A stretch of 63,785 nt of DNA, filler included, from Octopus bimaculoides (lineage: Eukaryota): NCBI RefSeq assembly GCF_001194135.2. It is 5 parts of 4 records of this genome, joined end to end, with 100 filler letters (N's around TTAATTAATTAA, not from the genome) between each part and the next. Parts side by side here need not be neighbours in the genome. Positions count along the whole stretch, not along the records: positions 1 to 14,793 come from NC_068983.1; 4 more parts are not named here. One strand, given 5' to 3'. Positions 1-11,771 of the stretch are shown piece after piece (position 1 is the stretch's first letter; each line of letters opens with the position of its first letter). Both the position numbers and the translations under genes were made by a program. The notes below the pieces were generated by a model. That model was not told where the DNA came from, made no database searches, and saw only the letters and a list, made by a program, of their open reading frames with translations.

Positions 1-146
1 CCGATGTTGGTGTTTATGTCCCCGTAGCTTAGCGGTTCGGCACAAGAGGCCGATAGAATAAGTCCTGGGGTCGATTTCTTCGACTAAAATGCGGTGCTCT
101 AGCTTGGTTGCAGTTAAATGATTGAAACAAGTAAAAAGTAAAAGAG
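1..146 (+). mobile_element. SINE family 1 (octopus OK-like), 3' half
   Basis: Matches the 3' half of the full copy at 4377-4759 (ttagcggttcggc...aagtcctggggtcga...ggtgctc...tgaaacaagtaaaa tail). Confidence 0.8.
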
Positions 147-835
147 CATGTGCAAAAATGAGTCTACTTAATATTTAAGCATTTCCAATTTGAAATGTTT
201 AGATTTAAAAACAGAGCAGCAACAAATTAAAATCTTATAAAAAATTTTTTTAGCCACACGTAAAAATTTGATAAATGATCGCAGCAAATAAAATACTTTG
301 CATCGCGAAAAAAAAAAAAAAAATACTAAAACAAAAATATCATGACGCATATTTTAAAGATACTAAAAAATCAAAGTATTCATTTTCCTTGATTAATTAC
401 AAGAATGAGAACTGGTTAGTATTAAATGTGAAAATATGAACATATTTAAAAGGGATATAACAAATATTTCTAAAATAAAAAAATAACAAAAGCACAAAAA
501 TTATTACAATTGAGTTGTGCATTTTCATCTTCAGTTCGTTGATATTATGTTAAACTGTTGTATGTCCAAATTTAAGCCAAATATTTATTTTTGCTAGCAA
601 TAACCGGTTCTTTTGGTCAAACTATAGTATCACCAGCTGGTTCAGATGCCAAGATATCAAAAATTTGTCAAAGTGTAGTACACCGGTTTTGCTATGAAGT
701 GGTAAAACTATTGTTTCGTTTCCTGAAAAAGCAACGTTTTGGACTTACGGCACTTTTACATAATAACAACAAGTTGTTTATATATCTGTAAATAGACGTA
801 CCTAAGCAAGCATATATAATTATATAAATGTATAT

Positions 836-965
836 CAATGTGGCTTAATGAATCAGGTGTTAAGATCATGATCGTAAGATTGTGGTTTCGATTCCAAGGA
901 CCGTGCGACGCGTTGTTTTTTAACAAGATACTTCATACTTCTCTAGTCCACACAGCTAGTGAAAA
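836..965 (+). mobile_element. Degenerate tRNA-derived SINE head and core
   Basis: A-box-like gtggcttaatg, B-box-like gtttcgattcc, then aacaagatacttca...ctagtccacacagct typical of SINE cores; single diverged copy. Confidence 0.35.
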
Positions 966-1400
966 TTCTGCGACGGTCCATGTAAGTCTATATGATTCGC
1001 GAAGCATATTTATCTTCTATGCTTTATGCTGTATACATAGATATATATATAAAATTATGTATATATTAGCAGATACAAAGATAGACACACGTACACACGC
1101 GCATACACACACACACACACGCACACACGCACGCACACACACACATGGTTATAAAAATACAGAAGCAGATACTGAATTAGCCTTTAACACGTTTAGCTAC
1201 TACTATCGGCCTCCGACCTAAAGACAACTTTCATGAAATTTAGATGTCAGCCAGTAAGTCACATATGTATGGACCCTTGGAGATGACGCATAAGCAATTC
1301 ATACGCCTGTATGTATACATTCTTATATGACATACTAGGTGCTAACGCATTCATATAAATGTTTGTATCATGTGTGTAAATGTACATGTATATATATTCT

Positions 1401-2228
1401 CTTATTTTATTCTTTTATTCTTTTACTTGCTTCAGCCATGCGGCTGCATTCATGCTGGAGCACCACTGTGGCCTTTCGAATTTCCTCAGTCTGGGCTGTT
1501 CACATATCACCACTCCTGTATGTGTCTTTGTCCCAGCTGTTGACCCATTTGGTGTATAAGGGAGTTCTTTGGTACAGTATAATGGCGGCCAGTTCTGGCA
1601 TTTGTATAACACTCAATGCCGAAATTAAGTACTAGCCCTTCTAGAATTTTACATATGTAGATTATTGTATATCTTTCACGCCTTCGCTCCAGGGAGTAAA
1701 GTAGCAGTTTTCTCGGCCTATCTCTGTAGCTCATCCGTTGTACTGTTTCAATCTTTTTTAGTGGAGTGGTGTTGGACTGCTTCAAGCTCTGCAGTTAGCT
1801 TGGCACTATGTGCAGACTATAACTGGGAACAATAGTCCAGGCGACTAAGAACAAAGGTTCTCCACAGGGTTAACATAGTTTCCTGGTCTCATATCTTGAA
1901 GGACCTCAGTATCCATCCTGCCAGTTGTATGTACTTTGCTGCATCTTGGTAATGTGAATATAAAATGATGCGTCATTGTGCATACTGATCCCTAAGTCTT
2001 TCACTGCCTGTGACTGTAGTGCCTTCGGATCCTGTAAATGCAGGCTGTAGTGCATTCGTGAGTAGATAGTGTAGTGCTTGAAATTTTCCTGCATTAAACT
2101 GCATGTTATTTATTTCGGCCCACTTATCGAATTCAGGTCCCGCTGTAAGATTGCGACCTCATCTTTGTTTTTTTTTTATTGCCAGTGATAATTTTGTATC
2201 ATCGGCGTAGCTAGTGACAGTGGGCATG

Positions 2229-2230
<2 letters not shown>
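1401..2230 (-). mobile_element. CR1-clade LINE, 5'-truncated RT and 3' end (pseudogene)
   Basis: Minus-strand SYADDTK (YADD at 2198-2209), KWAEINNMQFNAGKFQALHY, AVKDLGI, LYSLERRRERY..IYICKILEGLV; frameshifted; ends in (TAAAAGAA)n tail. Confidence 0.85.

Positions 2231-2231
<1 letters not shown>

Positions 2232-2296
<65 letters not shown>
2232..2296. repeat. (CA)n microsatellite
   Basis: Perfect CA run at the 5'-truncation point of the CR1 fragment. Confidence 0.95.
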
Positions 2297-2300
<4 letters not shown>

Positions 2301-3244
2301 TAACTCTGTCCTGCTTGGTTTTATGAATCTCGATATTTCAAGATTGGTCCTGAGGTAGTTACTTACGTACATGTTGTGTGAGAGTACGCCCCCTGGCGAG
2401 AATAGACTGGAACGCTACATATAAATAGCAGCGGTCTAAGTAAATGAGTTGATAGTTCAAATTTGGAGCTCGAGTTACGTGTTGGCTTGTTGGTTCTTAT
2501 AAGATTGTTGTTACGTTCCATGTGGTTACTACCGTTTATTTCGATTATATTGCTATTACACTGTTGCAGTGTATTCGTTTATCCATAAGAATATATCAGC
2601 ACATAAGTACCCTAATTATTATAATTATAAAGTTTAAATGCATGAACTGCAGATTTTTCGTTTGTTAATTCTAATTATGTTAACATTGCTGAGCTACTGA
2701 TTGCCACAGCTGTGCACAATTTTTTTTTCTCTGTCCACTTCATTATGTTTAGTCTGTTATGCTGGCATTTTAATGAGCTCAGCTTAACGTGTATATGTGG
2801 AAGTGTTCATTTTATAAACGTAATGCCTGGAATATTTACATATGATTCTTTAAATACCTTACATATGTAATTTGAGAATTAATCATGTCGGTCATGTGGA
2901 ATCCAATTTTTAAAAATCGGTGCTGAGTTACTTAGTTATACAGCCAAGTACATCAGTGAATACAAGTATAAAATTGAAGTCTTACGATTCAACGTGGAAT
3001 CTACACATTTGCTTGGTGTGCTAAAATTAGCAGTGAAATCCCTTTCATATCATAACTTCTCGTCTTAAAAATGAAGGATCTATTTTGTAATATAGTAGTG
3101 GATACGCTATTGTATAACTAACAACAGGGAACGTGGTTTGCTCTTAGTCTCAAAGTTGCAATCCCAGTCTGCATATCACTCTTACTGTTGTAAATAAGTC
3201 CCACCTAAATCCTATACACAGAGACATTTCAGCTTTTCCCATCT

Positions 3245-3370
3245 TGTATTTCATTCAGACACAGTATATCTAGGACTACATTACCAAATACGTATTTGCT
3301 TAAAATTGCTGGGGGGTGGGGGTGGGGGAGTATTGGTTGCTGTTTCTAGCAAGTCCAGTGACCACTTAGA
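3245..3370 (-). mobile_element. Old SINE-like family (related pieces at 3040-3145 +, 33860-34040 +, 47690-47855 +, 51110-51290 +)
   Basis: Shared diverged blocks gctagaaa.agca.ccaa, cgtcttaaa, taatgtagtcctagata and ggtcacggct...gcctttgatcat among these pieces. Confidence 0.4.
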
Positions 3371-3899
3371 TGCGTAATTTCCTTGTTGTCATTTGTACAT
3401 TCCTCGTTATTCTGTGTTTTCGGAATTCATATACATTCCGTATTACTGTAGTTCTTACACATTTGTTGTAGATCATACCGCCTACGAATTATATTACATA
3501 GTATTTTGGCCACTACATCTTCACATTAATCGATGTCAGTGCGATGAAATATTTGGACATCTGTTAATGATATAATTCGTATCATCAACGTAAATGAGTG
3601 ACATAGAGTCTTTAACGTTTGTGACCTGCTAGCGAATTGCATGTGCATATTCCCAAAAGAGAGAGCTAATATACCTTTCAGTGTTTAGATATAAACTACT
3701 TTGGTAATATATCTGATTCTCACACTGAAAGTAGCAGTATACTTAACACGTACGAATTGTGATACTCTTTAATCTGACACCCTCCAGTTTCGAATAGTCA
3801 AATCTGGGCACCGCACGAAAAACATCTGTCACTTTAAAAATAGAAAAAGAAGTGACTATTTCTCCTTCACTTTGTCTTTACGCGACGAGTCCCTAAAAG

Positions 3900-5900
3900 A
3901 TATTTTTCTTAATTTGTTTACGTTTTCGTCCAAATAGATTCTGGTGATATGAACGATACTTTTACAGCTTTCTATGCAGCATTGTCTTCTCAAGAACTTA
4001 TGCATTCCTATGTTCATAGGACAGTTGCTGTCTCAGTTCTTACTCTCCGGGCTCTTAACAGGATATATGTACCATGTTGATAAGTTTTTTTGCCCGTAAA
4101 TCTCTGAGCACAAACTTACAAACTTCTATGATATATTGTTAATATAGTTCTTATGTATATTGATCTCCTTTATCCCTTTATTTTGGCCTACATTATGAAT
4201 GGAATTTTGAGAACTGATTTTCTCTATCTGGCTCTTGAGATTATGTTAATGTATCTGTTCTGTCCGCAAAATCATATTTATGCTTCAACCTGACCTGTTA
4301 GGTTAAACAAGCTTGTCATCCCTTTTTCTAGAGCTTTCCAATAATCAGACTAAATTTAAGTTTGTGATGGTGCATAGGCGCAGGAGTGGCTGTGTGGTAA
4401 GTAGCTTGTATACCAACCACATGGTCCCGAGTTCACCTCGGGCAAGTGTCTTCTACTATAGAGTCGGGCCAACCAAAGCCTTGTGAGTGAATTTGGTAGA
4501 CGGAAACTGAAAGAAGCCTGTTGTGTATGTATATATGTGTGTGTATATGTTTGTGTGTCTGTGTTTGTCCCCCCAACATCGCTTGCCAACCGATACTGGC
4601 GTGTTTACATCCCCCTTAACTAGCGGTTCGGCAAAAGAGACCGATAGAATAAGTACTAAGCTTACAAAGAATAAGTCCTGGGTCGATATGCTCGACTCAA
4701 GGCGGTGCTCCAACATGGCCGCAGTCAAATGACTGAAACAAGTAAAAGAATAAAAGAATGGTAAATAAAAAATGCTCTTCCTATGAGAGTTTGCTGCTAT
4801 AGAGCTCTCTCATATTTTTGAATATGAACCTCTGGTAAATTATGATATAAGTTTTGTGGAGCTGTCTTTGAATTGAGCATCAAGATAGTAGCGTGAGATG
4901 AAATAAGGTTGTCAATGATTTTTATTATGACATGTTAGATTCCTGGAATGTTTGCATACTTTCACTGTAGTTTTCACTACGTCTTATAAGAAGGATTTCC
5001 TAAGATGTTCGTGTCCTTTCAGGTTTTGTAATGCATAGCTTCTTAAGATTTGTGCTGAAGTAGTTGGTTAAATATCTAAGTATTCAAACAATTGTTGATG
5101 TAAATCTAAAACTATATTCTTGGTGGAATATTTGCAGATTTCTCGATAGTTCGTCCAAATGATTTCTCTTTCATTGAAGACTTGATTTGCACTAAAGTGC
5201 AGAGTCTCTATTTTCACTTCTAGATCATGTCGAATTTTTACGCTAACATGCATATATCTATATATACATATATCTCTATAAGTATGAATATGTGAATGGG
5301 TGTCAGTGTGGAAGTATATGTATCAGGTAAACATCTGAAATATAGAAACATAATTGTTTTAATGGCTTCTAAGTATAACTTGTACCGTTATTCTTTAGTG
5401 AAGTCCAACTTGTACAGTTACGCTTTGAGGCATTTAGATACACAGCCAGGTATTCTTGTGAATGCATGAATAATATTGATTGAAAGAGGAAATGATCAAA
5501 GGTATGTTTTTGTGATTCAGTGAAGCTGTGTCTTCGTTCTTTCTATGATGTGTCACCTTTCATCAAAATTTTGTTCAATACATTCTTTCTTTCCAGCTGC
5601 TTATTCATCTGTTATAATATTGTTAACATAGCTACAGTCCTGGTGGAATAGGTTCAGACAGTTTCTATTCAGATTATATCATAGATTCTGGCATGAAATT
5701 GACAATTGGTACTTTACAATCTAAATGGCTTTGTTCTTGTTGATTAACTTTGTTTCCGCAAATGTCAGCTAACTTAGTATATTGATTTCATGAATGGTGA
5801 TATGGCGGTTGAAGTTGATGAGAAATTGCCGAAAGAAAGGCTATCTTCCATCAGGAATTAGCAATATACTATGTGGTCTACTATTCTTTAGACTTTTAGT
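3900..5900 (-). mobile_element. Heavily decayed Penelope-like element (RT plus GIY-YIG remnants), split by the SINE at 4377-4759
   Basis: Interrupted minus-strand motifs in PLE order: HKNIPLIISS (cf. HK..PLRPI.S), CFYISDVY, SVLKIPFI (cf. V.L.LPYIG), KFVSLCSEIYG (GIY-YIG-like); many stops and frameshifts. Confidence 0.45.
4377..4759 (+). mobile_element. SINE family 1 (OK-like), near full length
   Basis: tRNA-like head ggcgcaggagtggctgtgtggtaag...gagttca, core gggcaagtgtcttctactata, internal (TG/TA)n, 3' tail ggtgctccaacatggccgcagtcaaatgactgaaacaagtaaaagaat. Confidence 0.9.
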
Positions 5901-5974
5901 TGTTTTTCGTTTATTGTTATGTACATACTCTATGTAGTTTTTGAAAATATCATCTAAATATCTTTTATTTTTCC

Positions 5975-6191
5975 TTTTATCTTACTTGTTCCATTCATTG
6001 AACACTGACCATAGTGGGGCACTGCATTGAAGGCTTTAGTCGAAACAATAGACCCCAGTATTTGTCTTTTAAGTCTGGTAAGTATTCAATCGATCTGATT
6101 TGCTGAACTGCTAAGTTATGGACGCCTAAACAAACCAGCACCAATGGTCGAGCGGTGAGGGGATGGGCAAACACTAACACAATAACACACG

Positions 6192-6195
<4 letters not shown>
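5975..6195 (-). mobile_element. SINE family 1-like diverged 3' half
   Basis: Reverse complement reads cataacttagcagttcagcaaa...tactggggtcta...gtgccccactatgg...aacaagtaag. Confidence 0.6.
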
Positions 6196-6226
<31 letters not shown>

Positions 6227-6228
6227 AC

Positions 6229-6266
6229 ATAATAATAATAATGATAATAATAATAACAACAACAAC

Positions 6267-6312
<46 letters not shown>

Positions 6313-6330
6313 GTAATAATAATAATAATA
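6229..6330. repeat. (AAT)n/(AAC)n microsatellite
   Basis: Direct reading. Confidence 0.95.
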
Positions 6331-6796
6331 TATTCACTGACACGACAGAGCTGGGACCTATATANNNNNNNNNNNNNNNNNNNNNNNNNNNNNNNNNNNN
6401 NNNNNNNNNNNNNNNNNNNNNNNNNNNNNNNNNNNNNNNNNNNNNNNNNNNNNNNNNNNNNNNNNNNNNNNNNNNNNNNNNNNNNNNNNNNNNNNNNNNN
6501 NNNNNNNNNNNNNNNNNNNNNNNNNNNNNNNNNNNNNNNNNNNNNNNNNNNNNNNNNNNNNNNNNNNNNNNNNNNNNNNNNNNNNNNNNNNNNNNNNNNN
6601 NNNNNNNNNNNNNNNNNNNNNNNNNNNNNNNNNNNNNNNNNNNNNNNNNNNNNNNNNNNNNNNNNNNNNNNNNNNNNNNNNNNNNNNNNNNNNNNNNNNN
6701 NNNNNNNNNNNNNNNNNNNNNNNNNNNNNNNNNNNNNNNNNNNNNNNNNNNNNNNNNNNNNNNNNNNNNNNNNNNNNNNNNNNNNNNNNNNNNNNN

Positions 6797-7065
6797 ACAA
6801 TTCCTATCATAGTAGGTGCCTTAGGTATAATAAAAAATATTCAGACAAATACATAACAAAAATACCAGGACTTACAAATATATATAACATACAGAAAATT
6901 GCACTACTGGGTAATGCACACATTCTACGCAAAACACTTTCAATACAGTAAACATAAGAGCACCACAGCACATACCCAAGGCGCACAGAGCTGCGCTCGG
7001 TAGTGAAGTGAAAGCACGTTATAAAAATAAAACTACTGAACAATAATAATAATAATGATAATAAT
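6797..7065 (+). mobile_element. R4/Dong-like (RLE) non-LTR retrotransposon 3' end, family A
   Basis: IPIIVGALGIIKKYSDKYITKIPGLTNIYNIQKIALLGNAHILRKTLSIQ* (stop 6951), 3' UTR and (TAA)n tail; near-identical to 63415-63785; 5' part lies in the gap. Confidence 0.8.
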
Positions 7066-7855
7066 GAAATTAACAATACATACATACATACATACATATA
7101 TATGACAGTCCCATTGCATGGTACTCTAGGGCGTGCAGCGGGACTCAACCCAAAATCCCGTGGCTGCTAAAGTAAGCTCCTTAACCACACAGTCAGAAAA
7201 TCACTCTGTCGCGTTAGAAACGAATAACACTAAATAATTTAGTATAAGATAAACTATTCTTGAAAATAAGATGACTTGGTAACGAACACTGAGCTTTTGA
7301 TCATAGACATATGATCTTAGCTTGAAGACCATCGTCACCACAGCTACCACCACCACCACCACCATCACCACCACTGCCACCATCACCACCACTGCCACCA
7401 TCGCCAACTCCAATAACGTAGTTTATCGTTTCCTTTAACTACCATAAGTAATATCCAGTTCAGATTTCCTGATGTCACAATACACCTTGCTTTGTATCAT
7501 CCAAAACAAAATGAATCCACCTCGTATAAAGAAGCTGCAGTGTCTTTTAGTCTTGTTGACTGCTGTGTAATGTTTTTCTTATATATAATAAATATTTAGA
7601 TCACTCATTTTTTAAAAACTGTTTCTCGTTGATATACTTTCTTTAGTTTATGTTAGAATATTCTCTTTCTGTTTCTAATTTCAATTTTAGTTGTGACGTG
7701 TAGTTATTTATTGTTTTATATTTGTAATACATAAGTATCTCAATACAGTGAAACGTCTTGTTTTTACGGTCACAATAACTTCCAGAAGGATGTCAGTGTT
7801 TCTCGTTGAAATGCAATTCTTTTCCTATTTTAAATTCTATTTACTATTTTTACTG

Positions 7856-9166
7856 TTAGGTTTTCAAGGAAATTCTTGCTGTTTTTAACCTATAAATTCA
7901 GATGCACATATCTCGGTTCAAACAAAAATCTATTAATCGAAATAGACACCATAAAAATCAACACACTTTTGCCAACACGAAACAAGTTTATTTATGCCAG
8001 TAGCGTAAAAATCCTGCGTTCTGGTGACGATGAAGTCGTTGATGGCGTGTTTGGCATCGTCTTAGTTTTTGAAGCATTTCTCACACAAGAAGTTGTCGAG
8101 ATGCTTGAAAATGTGCTACTCTGTAGGCGAGAGGTCTGGTGAGTATGGCGGATGGGGCAGAGTTTCGTAGTCCAATTCGTTCAACTTCTGCAGGGTCAGT
8201 TGTGTGATGTGCGGCCGAGCGTTGTCGTGGAGAAGAATTGGTCCTTTTCTATTGACCAATGCTGGCTGTTGTCGGAGTTTCTTGTGCATTTCATCCATTT
8301 GCTGACAGTAATTCTCCGCCGTAATGGTTTCCGCCTGGATTCAAAAAGCTGTGATGGATGAGACCGACCGCAGACCACCAAACAGTCACTATGATTTTCT
8401 TTTGGTGCAACTTTGGCTTCGGGGAAGTACCGTGGAGCTTCGTCAGCGTCCAACCACTGAGCTGAGCGTCGCCGGTTGTCGTACGGAATCCACTTTTCAT
8501 CGTAAGTCACAATCCGGTCGGGATACGGGTCGTTCTTGTTGCGTAAAAGAAGGGAAGACAACACTTGAANNNNNNNNNNNNNNNNNNNNNNNNNNNNNNN
8601 NNNNNNNNNNNNNNNNNNNNNNNNNNNNNNNNNNNNNNNNNNNNNNNNNNNNNNNNNNNNNNNNNNNNNNNNNNNNNNAAGTATTTTTGATTTTCCAATC
8701 TCTTTCAACTGGTCGGAAATTGTCGTATACATTATGTCTAATTCAGAAGCAAGCTCTCGAACAGTTGTGCGTGGATTGGCTTCGACTAAAGCTCTTAGTT
8801 GATCGTTGTCAATATCCGATGGCCGACAACAACGCTAATCCTCTTCAAAACTCTCGTCATCGCTACGAAATTTCTTGAACCATCATTGTGCTGTACGTTC
8901 ATTAGTGGTTCCTAGGCCAAATCCATTGTTGATATCGCGAGCTGTTTCAGCAGTTTTTCGGCCTAGCTTGAACTGAAATAAGAAAATTGTGCGAATTTGC
9001 TTTTTGTCCATGTTGCAAAAAGAAAAGGAGTAACACGATTTGATAGAGCAAAAAACGGGCTTTAAAATGATATATAAAGTGAAAGTAATTTAACGAAAAT
9101 TAATTTGAAAAAACATCATTTAAAACCAAAATTAAAAATTCCGCAAGAACTTTCCTGACAATCTAA
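7856..9166 (-). mobile_element. Full-length mariner (cecropia subfamily, Hsmar1-like), dead transposase at about 7933-9011
   Basis: MDKKQIRTIFLFQFKLGRKTAETARDIN..., DEKW, HDNARPH, YSPDLSPTE*; in-frame stops and frameshifts; degenerate ~28-bp TIRs (ttaggttttcaaggaaattcttgc / rc ttagattgtcaggaaagttcttgc), TA at 9167-9168; length ~1.3 kb. Confidence 0.92.
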
Positions 9167-9987
9167 TATTTACTATTTACTATTTTTGTTTTATATTTAA
9201 GAAGCAAAAGTTGTGAAAGAGAAAAAAATTTAGAGTGTGATTTTACTTGCAATTTTGGAAGCTGAACAGTGACACTGAAAAGTGCATAATTCCATAAGAG
9301 GGTTAGGTACGAAAATAGGTAACAAAAATACTCACCAACTATCATACACAACTACCGTTCAACAGTCTATATCTAAATTTGACTGCTGCAAAAAGCAGCT
9401 AAATTTCTCTGAAATCGCATTCCACCATTATTTTACTTATCCCACTCACTATAGTTTGCTGGATTGTAAACATAGTGTTTGGTGATTTCTTCATGTAAAA
9501 TATCTGCTGTCCGCCGACCAGGAGGTATCTACCCTTCTCCAACGAACAAAACCTGAAAAATATTCAAGCATTACATGGAGCTATACCTTGTGGTATCTAC
9601 TCTTGATATCTGTTGTAGTCGACTATTAATTTATCTCTTCCAAATGTCGGTCAGTCAAGCACACAGTTGCGGAAGGCGATACTTTGTTCAACATTCCGAT
9701 TTCTTACTGATTAAACAATGTTTCTCAGCCAAAACGGGGAGAGTTCTTCAACAAATATATGGTATATAAAACAGGGTAGCTCATGAATTAATTAACAAAG
9801 CGTATAAATTAATTGATTCTCTCTGTGGAGTTATATTTACCAAACTGATTTAGAGCAAATATTGCAAGAAATAATTTCATACAATGAAAATGTAATTAAT
9901 TAGCATGAGTGTAGGGTGTTATATAATTATTCTCGAATTGTATTGAAAAATAGAAATCACGAGGAAATTTTCAGCGTCTGATATACA

Positions 9988-10037
9988 AATCCTCTGATGC
10001 AGAATAACACATACATTGTTCGAAACTAAGTAAGTTG
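9988..10037 (+). ncRNA. Degenerate type I hammerhead relic
   Basis: cct-CTGATGC-A-GAATAA-cacataca-TTGTTC-GAAAC-taa-GTA: 6-bp stem II intact, A9 mutated, stem I mostly lost. Confidence 0.35.
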
Positions 10038-11339
10038 ATGCAACGCTAATTGGTCGAAATCAGGATACAAACGTTGCGATTCCGCAAAGTAGGATAAAAG
10101 TCAAATATTATTTTGAGCAATATGAAAAACAAATTTCACAGAGCCGTCACTCGCTAGTAAACACAATACATGTTATTGTTAACATTTAATATAGTCAATG
10201 AACAAAGAACTAGTGAGAAATAATTAACAAAATATTAATGTTAGTAAATGAATATTTAAAACATGGCCTAAACTATTTTCAGTACTTATCTGTGTAATTA
10301 AAATATACTAAGTTAGCTGACATTTGTGGAAACAAGTTAATCAACAAGAATAAAGTCCATTTACAAATATTGTTCTTTTTCTAAGCGTTTAATTATTTTA
10401 AATTAGCTTATAAATACGGCCTGAATTATGCGGATACAGACGTTAAATACAGAAATACATACTTCAAGAAAAATAATAATATACGTACACACACATGGAC
10501 ACGCGCATACATACATGCGGGCACACAGTCACGCATACACACGCGCGCACGTTCACACACGCGGGCGCGCGCGTTCACACACACACACACATAAACATAT
10601 ATACACCTGTTTGTGTACGCGTACTATACATACATACATATATAATATATTTTGATTTCATACAGGTTTTTGGGGATAAGTACTGTTATGTGAATGATAA
10701 CTAGATGTGATGTATGTAGAATAGGCAAATAGCTATGTAGGAAGGAGGAGGTAGGCGAGGAGAGGAGGAAAATTTGTTTTTGGAGGATGTGGGTTGACAG
10801 AAAGTTATGATGAAGAGATTTTATTTTGGTTTGATGTGGCGCTTTTGTTATTGTTAAAGATTAGGCCAGCCATGATAGCAATGTAAATTCAAATTACGAC
10901 ATTCTTTGCATAAGGTGTTGCTTCTTTTGTTCTGTTTTAGGGCTCGCGAGAGATATGTATACCTAAAAGTACCACAAAAATGTATTTTCAAATGTACATA
11001 CATGTGTACTCACATACATAGACATATGTACTTATATGCACTCATCAGAATATATATAAACATGCGCGCGCGTGTGTGTGTGTGTGCATATGTATGTGTG
11101 CCTGAGTGTTTATGCACTTGAAAATACGATTTGATGTGCAGATGCATGGGTCTCGATGCGATTACATACTTATATATAGTTGTGTATATACATGGATTCT
11201 TGCATGCATATTCTTACTGGTGTATATAAGTGTATATGTCTATGAATGTGAGTACACACGTATGTATATATACAAATTCATATGTACAGCTATGCGTGGA
11301 TCTGCATTTACATTACTACATTTCTCTATTGATTATACC

Positions 11340-11374
<35 letters not shown>

Positions 11375-11576
11375 TCATAGATCGAATTCCATACAGAAAC
11401 ACGTATCATCCTTATGCATTCATATGGATGTATATATTATGTCATGCAATTACACATGTTCATTGATCTAAATTTATATAAACACATATAGCCACTCCAG
11501 AAAAAGATTCGGAAATCCTACCAAATATTTATATCAACACAGTCTAATATCGGTTTCAACCTTTTCCTTGTAAAAG

Positions 11577-11731
11577 ACGTGGGTGTGCGGCAAGAAGCTT
11601 GCTTCCCAACCACACGGTTCGGGGCTCAGTCCCACTGCGTGGCATCTTGGGCAAGTGTTTTCTACTATAGCCTCGAGTCGACCAAAGCCTTGTAAATGGA
11701 TTCGGTAGGCCGGAACTGAAAGAAGCCCGTC

Positions 11732-11762
<31 letters not shown>
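11577..11762 (+). mobile_element. SINE family 1, 5' half ending in (TA)n
   Basis: Head and core match 4377 and 44660 copies up to aagcccgtcg(TA)n. Confidence 0.85.

Positions 11763-11763
<1 letters not shown>

Positions 11764-11771
<8 letters not shown>

Noticed and set aside
2371-2600. Possible solo LTR (TG start, TATA-like motif)
   Set aside because: No CA end with a matching TSD and no second copy.
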